Source of the DNA: a virus
Strand: one strand, 5' to 3'
Length of the DNA stretch: 64,000 nt
IMG/VR virus record: IMGVR_UViG_3300038675_001020
Span: 3,944 to 67,943 of that record
Of the stretch, positions 18,651-26,311 are shown piece after piece. A program made the position numbers and the translations under genes. Position 1 is the first letter of the stretch; every line of letters starts with the position of its first letter. A model generated the notes under the pieces. That model was not told where the DNA came from. It made no database searches and was given only the letters and a program-made list of their open reading frames with translations.

Positions 18651-18864
18651 TCAGGTTGCCTGCGACGGAAGGTCACCTGCCCGTGCTGCGCCCACGTTGC
18701 CGCCACGCGGCGCGTAACCACCGCCCTTCGACTGCGTGCCGCACCTCGATTTCAAAGCCCGACACGAGCCGGCGTGCGGCCACGTCGCGCAAAGCAAAGG
18801 GAGACGAGAAAAGCCGCCCGCTGGCGGCAATCTCGATTGCATAGGCGTTTTGGTTCACGGTATC

Positions 18865-19455
18865 TCACCGCATCCGCCAGGGCAGGTAGCTGGCGTTGCT
18901 GAACAGCAGCCCGCGGTCGTTCACGAACTCGCCAACCGTGGCGACATATCCGCCCCCGTCCATGATGGCGAACTTGGACTGCGCGATTTGGAAGATTTCG
19001 TCCAGCAGGCGCTGGTCGCGCAGGTCGGCGCGGCTGCGGATGAGGCGGGAGAGGTAGTCGGTGATGAATATGGCGGTGTCGCTGTAGCGCTCGTTGCTTG
19101 GATCACTAGTCAGGCGGATGACGCCGTTGTGTGCCACGCCGACGCGGCAGCTCAGGTCGAGCTGGCGCATACGCTCCGGCCTGGTGGACAGCGGAAACGG
19201 ATGCGTCATTTCAGGGCCTACACCCGCCTGCGTGCTGATTCGGAAGTGATACACCACGCTGTCCTGCGGGGTGAAGCACTCTGCGCGGATGGCACGCAGG
19301 TATTCGTCCAGCCGCATGAAGCCTTTGTGGATTTCGACGCGCCCGCCTCTGGCGACCATGTACCCCGCGCCGTGGGGATTGTTCAGGAACATGGCGCGGA
19401 TGGCAGCCTCGCCGGGCTGGCGGACGCCGGATTTGGATACGCAGATGATGCACAT
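18865..19455 (-). CDS. Class II (Ntn) glutamine amidotransferase-like protein
   Basis: N-terminal MCII, NPHGAG, HFRIST, HPF, AHNG, SDT. Confidence 0.85.
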   Translation of the reverse strand: MCIICVSKSGVRQPGEAAIRAMFLNNPHGAGYMVARGGRVEIHKGFMRLDEYLRAIRAECFTPQDSVVYHFRISTQAGVGPEMTHPFPLSTRPERMRQLDLSCRVGVAHNGVIRLTSDPSNERYSDTAIFITDYLSRLIRSRADLRDQRLLDEIFQIAQSKFAIMDGGGYVATVGEFVNDRGLLFSNASYLPWRMR

Positions 19456-19502
19456 GTGAAATTGCCTCCTTGCTGGATGTTCTGGTGTATTTGGAAGCGG
19501 TG

Positions 19503-19566
19503 CGGCTCCCGTGACGCTCCCAATTTGAGAGCGTTTCGGCCTGTGCCAAAGGCCATCCGGGAGCCG
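19503..19566 (-). pseudogene. Degenerate hammerhead unit E (CUGAN core missing)
   Basis: Minus: ggctcccg-GAT-ggcct/aggcc-GAAA-cgctctc/gggagcg-TC-a-cgggagcc; stems II and III retained. Confidence 0.7.
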
Positions 19567-19584
19567 GCCTTCGCTCCGTGCGGG

Positions 19585-20025
19585 TCAATCGTTGATGATG
19601 GAGGTGATTTCAAAGCGCTCGCTGAACGCCTCGGGCGAGAGGACGGCGTCGTCGCTGCCGTCGGGGCTGCCGTAGAACACGGCGACGCATCCGTCCTGTG
19701 TGCTGTTCGCCACGCCGGTCTTGCCGGTGGCTCGCTCGCGGATTTCTATCGTTTCGGCAATGGTCTCGGCGGCGATGAGCCGCTGGTATTCCGTTTCGGG
19801 CGCGGCGGCTTCCTCGCTGCTATATGCGTGGGTGAAGTCACGAACAATGTCGTAGACCATCTGCGAATTGCATTCGATGGGCGGCAAGTTGTGCTCCATT
19901 TCGTAGCGGCGCTGGTCGCGCAGCCAGTTTTCGGCGTCGGTCATGGACCATGCTTCGCGCTCACTGCCGTCCATCTCGTCGTACACCTGTAGGAGTAATT
20001 CCATGAGGGTATCGCTGGGGGTCAT
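19585..20025 (-). CDS. Acidic hypothetical protein
   Basis: AAGGAGG RBS; lies between hammerhead units D and E. Confidence 0.75.
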   Translation of the reverse strand: MTPSDTLMELLLQVYDEMDGSEREAWSMTDAENWLRDQRRYEMEHNLPPIECNSQMVYDIVRDFTHAYSSEEAAAPETEYQRLIAAETIAETIEIRERATGKTGVANSTQDGCVAVFYGSPDGSDDAVLSPEAFSERFEITSIIND

Positions 20026-20065
20026 TGTGTGTCCTCCTTCTTGCGGATTTGGAAGCTGTGTGGCT

Positions 20066-20125
20066 CCCGCGACGCTCCCGATTTGAGAGCGTTTCGGCCT
20101 GTGCCGGAGGCCATCGTCAGGCGGG
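20066..20125 (-). ncRNA. Type I hammerhead ribozyme D (intact)
   Basis: Minus: cccgc CTGACGA t ggcct-ccggcac-aggcc GAAA cgctctc-aaatc-gggagcg TC gcggg. Confidence 0.88.
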
Positions 20126-20335
20126 TGGATTGAGCAGTCCTTCAGGGTAGGCGCAATCCGTGCCCCGGTGGGCGGCGACCAGCGAGCGCGCGTATTTGCG
20201 CAGCTCAGGCATGGCGCGGCGGATGCGCGCTTCGCCGTCGAGTTTGGTCAAAAGGATGTGATTGAGGTAGTCGTACAGCCCGTCGTCGAACCAGTCGAGG
20301 ATGTCCATGAGGGTTTCGATGTTCATGTGCTTCAT
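20117..20335 (-). CDS. Small hypothetical protein
   Basis: GGGAGG RBS before ATG 20335; its TGA stop is the UGA of the ribozyme D core. Confidence 0.65.
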   Translation of the reverse strand: MKHMNIETLMDILDWFDDGLYDYLNHILLTKLDGEARIRRAMPELRKYARSLVAAHRGTDCAYPEGLLNPPA

Positions 20336-20378
20336 GCGCGTTCCTCCCTGCTCCATTTCAAAGCGCTTTCGCGTATGC

Positions 20379-20409
20379 TATTCATCACTCTTTCGGGGCG
20401 AAATAGCAA
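20379..20409 (-). promoter_or_regulatory. Accessory-gene promoter-like motif, copy 3
   Basis: Minus TTGCTA-N13-GAGTGATGAATA. Confidence 0.6.
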
Positions 20410-20472
20410 CCCGACCGATGCACCAGGGTTTCTGAAGACGGTCTTGTTCATATCCACCCGGTGGATGTTGAT

Positions 20473-20763
20473 TCAAAAGCTGTGCCCGTGGGCTCGGACA
20501 TATCGCAGATGCCGGCCAGGAATGCGAAAAAGGCGTGCGGCTTTGCCGAAGGGGTAGTCCTCGACCTCAATGGCGTACCAGCCAGGCTTGCAATTTGCAA
20601 GCTGTGCGGCCAGCTCTTTGAATGCCTTCAGGTCGACCTGTTCAGGGTGTGCGGGGTCGAATGGTGCGACATCCATACTGTCCCAGTAATCATCGTAGAT
20701 TCGAGCGAGTGTGCGCCCGTCCCGGCAGGAGCTCAGCTTGATTTCAAAGCGCACTTTATTCAC
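20473..20763 (-). CDS. Hypothetical protein
   Basis: AAGGAGG RBS before GTG 20763 (MNKVRFEIK...). Confidence 0.7.
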   Translation of the reverse strand: MNKVRFEIKLSSCRDGRTLARIYDDYWDSMDVAPFDPAHPEQVDLKAFKELAAQLANCKPGWYAIEVEDYPFGKAARLFRIPGRHLRYVRAHGHSF

Positions 20764-20803
20764 AGTATGTACCTCCTTGCTGTATTCAGGAACTATGCGG
20801 CTT

Positions 20804-20861
20804 CCCGCGACCGGCTGTGCGCCGGTTTTGGCTGGCGGCCAGCCAGCCATCGTCAGGCGGG
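20804..20861 (-). ncRNA. Type I hammerhead unit C with G12A core substitution (predicted inactive)
   Basis: Minus: cccgc CTGACGA t ggctggc-tggcc-gccagcc AAAA ccggc-gcaca-gccgg TC gcggg. Confidence 0.8.
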
Positions 20862-20863
20862 GA

Positions 20864-21424
20864 CTATGCATGAAGGATGAAGGTCTTGCCCTTGGCAGTA
20901 ATTTCGTAGAACATCCTGCCGCTTTCCGGCGTGTGCTTCTCCAGCCGTGTGATGTCTTCGACCCGGCAGGATTTCATGCGGGGCTGCCGCCGTATCCAGC
21001 GAAGGGCTGCGGATTTGTAAGCTGCGCCCAGCTCCGCCGGAGCTGTGTGTCCGCGCCTGCGCCAGCGCTCCAGCCTGACGGCAGCCATCCGAGCGCCTTC
21101 TTCACGCGTGGTGTAGTAGCTGCCGCTGATTTGGTCCCACTCGATTTCAAAGAGTGTGTCGAGACGTTCGTTCCAGATGGTGTGTGTGCGGGAGAGGTCC
21201 TCGTTGCAGCGGCCGACCCGCAGGCGGACGATGCTGCCATAGCTGCCGCCATAGTTGCCCTCCCGCTCCAGAAGAACCCGGAGGATTTCGTTGCCGTCGG
21301 AAAGGTCGATGTGTGCCAGCTCGCCCTGCGAGCCGCTCATGGTCTCGTAGTGGATTTGGTAGCCCTTGGCCAGCAGCTCGCTGACCTTCTGCGTGTACGC
21401 GCGGCGGATGTCGTTGTTGGTCAT
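20864..21424 (-). CDS. Hypothetical protein
   Basis: AAGGAGG RBS; TMSGSQGE..HIDL motif. Confidence 0.75.
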   Translation of the reverse strand: MTNNDIRRAYTQKVSELLAKGYQIHYETMSGSQGELAHIDLSDGNEILRVLLEREGNYGGSYGSIVRLRVGRCNEDLSRTHTIWNERLDTLFEIEWDQISGSYYTTREEGARMAAVRLERWRRRGHTAPAELGAAYKSAALRWIRRQPRMKSCRVEDITRLEKHTPESGRMFYEITAKGKTFILHA

Positions 21425-21463
21425 GAAATGTACCTCCTTACTCGATTCGAAAGTGTGCGGCTT

Positions 21464-21523
21464 CCCGCGACGCTCCCGGCTGGGGAGCGTTTCGGCCTGT
21501 GCCGGAGGCCATCGTCAGGCGGG
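21464..21523 (-). ncRNA. Type I hammerhead ribozyme B (intact)
   Basis: Minus: cccgc CTGACGA t ggcct-ccggcac-aggcc GAAA cgctccc-cagcc-gggagcg TC gcggg. Confidence 0.88.
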
Positions 21524-21727
21524 TCATTGATTCAAAAGGATGCACATCTTGCTGGAAAGGGCGCTGAGTTGGGTGGCAAGGCTTTGCGCCTCGTCGGTGG
21601 CAAGCCCCATTGCGACCATTTCGTTCGTCAAATTTCCAAGCTTGGCCCGGTACTCCGTAAGTGCACTGTGCAGGACGGACAATTCCGTCTGGGTGAGTGT
21701 GAGTTGGATTTTCTGTGTGTCTTTCAT
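21524..21727 (-). CDS. Small helical hypothetical protein (67 aa)
   Basis: AAGGAGG RBS; flanked by ribozymes A and B. Confidence 0.7.
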   Translation of the reverse strand: MKDTQKIQLTLTQTELSVLHSALTEYRAKLGNLTNEMVAMGLATDEAQSLATQLSALSSKMCILLNQ

Positions 21728-21764
21728 GAGAATTTCCTCCTTGCTTGATTTGAAAGTGCGGCTT

Positions 21765-21821
21765 CCCGCGACCGGCGCGTGCCGGTTTCGGCTGGCGGCC
21801 AGCCAGCCATCATCAGGCGGG
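21765..21821 (-). ncRNA. Type I hammerhead ribozyme A (intact)
   Basis: Minus: cccgc CTGATGA t ggctggc-tggcc-gccagcc GAAA ccggc-acgc-gccgg TC gcggg. Confidence 0.88.
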
Positions 21822-21838
21822 CGGATTTGGGAGCTGTA

Positions 21839-22723
21839 TCAGGATGCCTGCCGCCAGGCGGCGTTGCCGGGCAGGCGCTTGGTGAGGTGTTCCCGCGCGG
21901 TTTCAAATTCCCCGCCGATGAAGCCCAGGCGCAGGAGCCAGCAGCGGAAGGTGTATTTGGGATTGTCGGTAATGGGGCGCGTCGGGCTGGCGGCCTTGGT
22001 GGTGAGCGCCTGATGGGAAATTGCGAGGCAAAGCTGGATGTAGGCTTTGACTTCGCCCGCGTGGAGTGTGCCGTTGAAGGCGCGGAACTCAATGGTGTGC
22101 GCGGGGCGTTCGGTGGAAAAGGCGGCGTGCAGATTCAGGAGGTGGTAGCGGCTGTGGTCGTAGTGGCTGGACGCGCAGTCGCGCCAGTCAGATGTGGTGG
22201 GATTATTGGTTTTGTACCAAAGCTGTGCCAGAGCGTCCATGGTGGCGGGTTTGCGGCGGTTGAGCTCGGCGAGGAACGCCGGGTCAACGGGCTTGCACCA
22301 CTGCCTGCGGCGGCTCGGGCTTATGCCCAGCGCCTGTGTCAGCAGGTCTTCCTTGGCGTTGACAATATTGGTTAGACGGCGCAGGCTTTGCGGGGTGTGT
22401 TCGCCGAGGCCGACGTGGATGTGAATGCCGCAGGACGCGTCGGCCTTTGCGCCCGCCTGCCGCAGGGCGCGAACCACTTCCTGCACCATGGGGATGTCGT
22501 CCCAGCGGCACACCGGGCTTACGACTTCGGCGCTTGGGTCGGTGACCGAACCGTCGCGTTCGACCACCCACTTGCGCCCGTCGGGCATGGGAATGTGCCA
22601 GTCGCCAAGGTGGCGACCGACGTAGCGGGCGGTCGTGCCGAATAGCTCGGCAATGACCTGCGCTGTGCGTTCGCGACCGAGACCGGTGGTTTCAATCTCG
22701 ACCCCAAAAGTCTGGTTTTTCAT
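21839..22723 (-). CDS. Amidoligase-2 (COOH-NH2 ligase) family protein
   Basis: FGVEIE, DGSV, EVVSP, SCGIHIHVG, RYHLLNL, TIEFRAFNGTLHAG. Confidence 0.88.
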   Translation of the reverse strand: MKNQTFGVEIETTGLGRERTAQVIAELFGTTARYVGRHLGDWHIPMPDGRKWVVERDGSVTDPSAEVVSPVCRWDDIPMVQEVVRALRQAGAKADASCGIHIHVGLGEHTPQSLRRLTNIVNAKEDLLTQALGISPSRRRQWCKPVDPAFLAELNRRKPATMDALAQLWYKTNNPTTSDWRDCASSHYDHSRYHLLNLHAAFSTERPAHTIEFRAFNGTLHAGEVKAYIQLCLAISHQALTTKAASPTRPITDNPKYTFRCWLLRLGFIGGEFETAREHLTKRLPGNAAWRQAS

Positions 22724-22781
22724 GGGCTGTGCTCCTTTCGTTTTTGCGCGGGGCTTTTTGCCCGCCCCGCGCGGCGTGATG

Positions 22782-22812
22782 TATTAATCACTCGGCGGGG
22801 CACAAAAAGCAA
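22782..22812 (-). promoter_or_regulatory. Accessory-gene promoter-like motif, copy 4 (amidoligase/ribozyme operon)
   Basis: Minus TTGCTT-N13-GAGTGATTAATA. Confidence 0.65.
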
Positions 22813-22899
22813 GTCGATGAAAAGCACAAGGTTTTCGGGCAGAAACAGCGCTTATGAGACAAATAAGGCGGGCCGGGAAACGCGCTTCCTTATAAGCGA

Positions 22900-23500
22900 A
22901 AACGGCCCCGGCGCGCCCGGCGGATTTCCCTGCGGGCGGAAACCCTACACAAGCCGGAAGCTTTGATGCGGCTTTTCGCCGCCGGCCCGCCCCACGCCGC
23001 CGTCGCGCCCGCCCCGCGCGTGCCCGGCCCCGCCCGTCGCGCCCGCCCCGGCCCCGCGCCCGGCGGCCCGTTTTCCCGCGCCCTGCGCCGCCCACCCCGC
23101 GAAATTTGGCCCCGCCCGCGCGTCGTCCGCCCCGCCCGCGCCCGGCGGCCCGTTTTCCCCGCGCCCCGCCGCCTCGCCCGCCACGCGGCCCGTGTGCGCC
23201 CGACGCGGGCTTTGGCGCGCCGCCCCGCCGCCGCGCGCCCGGCTGTGCCTCCCGGCGGCCCGGCCCCGCGCCCGTGTGCCCGGCGCGCCCCGCCGCCCGC
23301 CCGGCCTTGCGCCGCCCGCTCCGCGCCGCGCCTCGGGCGCCCCCCCTGTGCCCGCGCCGCCCCCCCGGCCCGCCGCCGCGGCTGTGCCCGCGCGCCCTCC
23401 GCCCCGACTCCCCAGGGGGGGGCGAATCTTTGCGAACGGTTCCTAAGAGACCGCCGCGCTCTCACGCATAATACTCCGCGTAATTCGGGGCCCGGGGGTC
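22900..23500. other. Extremely GC-rich, A-depleted non-coding tract; candidate packaging (cos) region at its right end
   Basis: Only 7 A in 22981-23400; repeat gcccggcggcccgttttccc near 23058 and 23140; G-run plus GACCGCCGCGC at 23411-23460; lies at the divergence point before the packaging genes. Confidence 0.55.
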
Positions 23501-23557
23501 ACCGAAAGAAAACGAGTGCCATGTGCAAATTTGCTTTGTTTGGAGGAGTGTGTTTTC

Positions 23558-24541
23558 ATGCCTAATATTGAAAAGAAGCTCATCATTGGCCAGAAATATG
23601 GTCACCTCACAGCAATTTGTGAAGCGCCTCGAGGGAAACATGGTGAGCGCCGGTATATGTGCCGCTGTGATTGTGGGCATGTTGGAAACTATATTGTTTA
23701 TCCAATACTAAAAGGAGTTACGAAGAATTGCAGAAAATGTGTTCCTCATTCAGGCGGCATGCCGCCACCGGATCTGGCGGGGAAAACCCTTAATGGGTGG
23801 AAAGTCATTGCAAAAGAAAAAGTGGTTAGGAAAGAAAGCGGCAATTTGTACTTTTTTCGCTGTCAGTGCTCTCGCTGCGGAAACGAATCTGTGTTGACTG
23901 CAGGGCAGATATATAACAGCAAGTCAAGCCGATGCCATAAATGTGGGCCGATGTATCATTTTCATATCGAGGGTGGATCGGCATACGGCGCCTTGTCGGA
24001 TGGTGCTGAATTCATCATTGATACTGAGGACATTGCAAAGGTCGATCAGCATTATTGGTTTCGTGAAAGAAAGGATAAATATATAGTATCCCGCGATGGA
24101 AATCGCATGCATCGCCTGGTTCTCGGTATCACAGATCCAAGTATCATGATTGATCATATCAATCGGAATCGGTCAGATAATCGAAAGGCGAATCTTCGCG
24201 TTGCCACTACAGCCCAAAATTGTTTCAATCATAGCAAATTATCTACAAACAGGACTGGATATATCGGCGTGTATTTTAGCCAAGTAAGCCAACGCTATGA
24301 GGTAAAGGTTGGATACAATCAAAAGAGAATATATCTGGGTTCGTCGAAAGATGATTTGATATATCTCGCACAAATGTACAATATAGCCGCAAGTTATCTA
24401 TTTGATGAATATGTTGGCGAATTGAACGATGTACCAGATCCTTCTCCAGAACTGGTCAAGCGTGTAATTCAAAAATGCGAAAAATATAAAAAAGCATCTG
24501 TCCAGGCGGCAGGTGCTTTTTCAATGGAGGGCGCCGTATGA
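23558..24541 (+). CDS. Free-standing HNH/AP2 homing endonuclease
   Basis: Two CxCxxCG repeats, MHRLVL, IDHINRNRSDNRKANLR, AP2-like NRTGYIGV...IYLG; low GC; GGAGGAG RBS. Confidence 0.88.
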   Translation: MPNIEKKLIIGQKYGHLTAICEAPRGKHGERRYMCRCDCGHVGNYIVYPILKGVTKNCRKCVPHSGGMPPPDLAGKTLNGWKVIAKEKVVRKESGNLYFFRCQCSRCGNESVLTAGQIYNSKSSRCHKCGPMYHFHIEGGSAYGALSDGAEFIIDTEDIAKVDQHYWFRERKDKYIVSRDGNRMHRLVLGITDPSIMIDHINRNRSDNRKANLRVATTAQNCFNHSKLSTNRTGYIGVYFSQVSQRYEVKVGYNQKRIYLGSSKDDLIYLAQMYNIAASYLFDEYVGELNDVPDPSPELVKRVIQKCEKYKKASVQAAGAFSMEGAV

Positions 24542-25788
24542 ATACTGACATGATTATCAGAAAACTGCCGATTTCTTCGATGAAACCCGCCAGATACAAT
24601 CCCAGAAAAGATCTGAAGCCGGGTGATCCTGCCTATGAAAAGATCCGGCGCAGCCTGCACGACTTCGGCTATGTCGATCCTGTCATCTGGAATGAGGTCA
24701 CGGGCAACATCGTCGGTGGGCATCAGCGCTACAAGGTGCTGGTCAGCGAGGGCGCAACGGAGATCGACTGCGTAGTTGTACATATCGAAAACCCGCAGGA
24801 TGAAAAGGCGCTCAACATTGCCTTGAACAAGGCGGTCGGCGAATGGGAGCCGGTGGCGCTGGCTGACCTGCTGGCTGACCTGCAATCCTCGGGCTATGAC
24901 CTCGGCGCGACCGGCTTCGACGCCGCCGAGGTGGACGAGCTGTTCTCCAAGGTGCACGATAAGGACGTCAAGGACGATGACTGCGACATCGACCCGGAGG
25001 AGATCGTGCCTTTCGTGGAGCCGGGTGATATCTGGACGCTGGGCAGGCACCGCATGGTCTGCGGCGACGCTACCAACGCGGGCGATGTCGCTCTGCTCAT
25101 GGACGGCCTCAAGGCCAACCTCATCGTCACCGACCCGCCCTACAACGTTGCCTACCAGAGCGCTGACGGCAAGTCCATCCAGAACGACAGCATGGCGGAT
25201 GGCAAGTTCTATGAATTCCTGCTGGCGGCCTTCCGCAACATGGCTGCACATCTAGCCGAAGGCGGCAGCGCCTACATCTTCCACGCGGATACCGAGGGGC
25301 TCAACTTCCGCCGCGCGTTCAAGGAGGCGGGCTTCCACATCAGCGGCGTGTGCATCTGGGTGAAGAACAGCCTCGTGCTGGGGCGCTCGCCCTACCAGTG
25401 GCAGCATGAGCCGGTGTTGTTCGGCTGGCTGCCCAACGGCAAGCACAAGTGGTTTGCCGACCGGAAGCAGTCCACCATATGGAACTTCGACAAGCCGAAA
25501 AGGTCCGCCCAGCACCCGACGATGAAGCCCATCCCGCTGCTGGCGTATCCCATCAAGAACAGCTCCGCGCCCAACGGCGTGGTCATGGATCTGTTCGGCG
25601 GCAGCGGCTCCACGCTCATCGCCTGCGAACAGACCGACCGCATCTGCCGGACGATGGAGCTTGACCCCAAATATGCCAGCGTCATCGTACAGCGGTTCAT
25701 CGAACTGACTGGCAGCGATGAAGAAGTGTGCGTGGAGCGGGCCGGCGTGGTCAAAAAGTACAGTCAACTTGACCTGAGAGGCAAGTAA
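24538..25788 (+). CDS. ParB-fused N6-adenine/N4-cytosine DNA methyltransferase
   Basis: YNPRK, IVGGHQR, TDPPYN, HPTMKP, DLFGGSGST. Confidence 0.92.
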   Translation: MNTDMIIRKLPISSMKPARYNPRKDLKPGDPAYEKIRRSLHDFGYVDPVIWNEVTGNIVGGHQRYKVLVSEGATEIDCVVVHIENPQDEKALNIALNKAVGEWEPVALADLLADLQSSGYDLGATGFDAAEVDELFSKVHDKDVKDDDCDIDPEEIVPFVEPGDIWTLGRHRMVCGDATNAGDVALLMDGLKANLIVTDPPYNVAYQSADGKSIQNDSMADGKFYEFLLAAFRNMAAHLAEGGSAYIFHADTEGLNFRRAFKEAGFHISGVCIWVKNSLVLGRSPYQWQHEPVLFGWLPNGKHKWFADRKQSTIWNFDKPKRSAQHPTMKPIPLLAYPIKNSSAPNGVVMDLFGGSGSTLIACEQTDRICRTMELDPKYASVIVQRFIELTGSDEEVCVERAGVVKKYSQLDLRGK

Positions 25789-25822
25789 TGCGCAGAAAAA
25801 CACAGAAGGGAGGTGTGTACCC

Positions 25823-26311
25823 ATGGCTGCACGAGGCAGGAAGCCCAAGCCCACGGCGCTGAAGGTGCTGGAGGGCAATCCGGGCAAACGTCCGCTCAAC
25901 GACCACGAGCCGATCCCGCCGAAGGGAGAACTGAAGTGCCCGTCGTGGCTCCTGCCCGAGGCCAAAAAGGAATGGAAGCGTCTGGCGTCCTCGCTGGAGG
26001 CGATGGGTGTGCTGACCATGGCAGACTTGACGGCTTTTGCGGGGTACTGTCAGGCGTATGCCCGCTGGAGGGAAGCCGAGGAATTCATCACCCAGCATGG
26101 CAGCATCTTCAAGACGCCCTCCGGGTATGTGCAGCAGGTGCCGCAGGTCAGCATCGCCCAGCAGAACCTGAAGATCATGCAGTCTTTCTGCTCGGATTTC
26201 GGCCTGACGCCCGCTACCCGCGCGCGCATCATCGCCGGCGGCAGCGGCACGGAGGACGTCTCGGAAGACCCCATGGAAAAGCTGCTCAAAGGGGGCTGGC
26301 AGGATGATTGA
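25823..26311 (+). CDS. terS: Terminase small subunit (P27 family)
   Basis: GRKPKPTALKVLEGNPGKR, YCQAY, FGLTPATR. Confidence 0.92.
   Translation: MAARGRKPKPTALKVLEGNPGKRPLNDHEPIPPKGELKCPSWLLPEAKKEWKRLASSLEAMGVLTMADLTAFAGYCQAYARWREAEEFITQHGSIFKTPSGYVQQVPQVSIAQQNLKIMQSFCSDFGLTPATRARIIAGGSGTEDVSEDPMEKLLKGGWQDD

Noticed and set aside
19503-21821. Spaced repeats as a CRISPR array or attC sites
   Set aside because: Units are ~60 nt, separated by whole genes, and match the hammerhead consensus; there is no cas operon or integron integrase.
22784-23565. Arg/Pro/Ala/Gly-rich ORFs on both strands
   Set aside because: Artefacts of the near absence of A/T, and hence of stop codons, in the GC tract.
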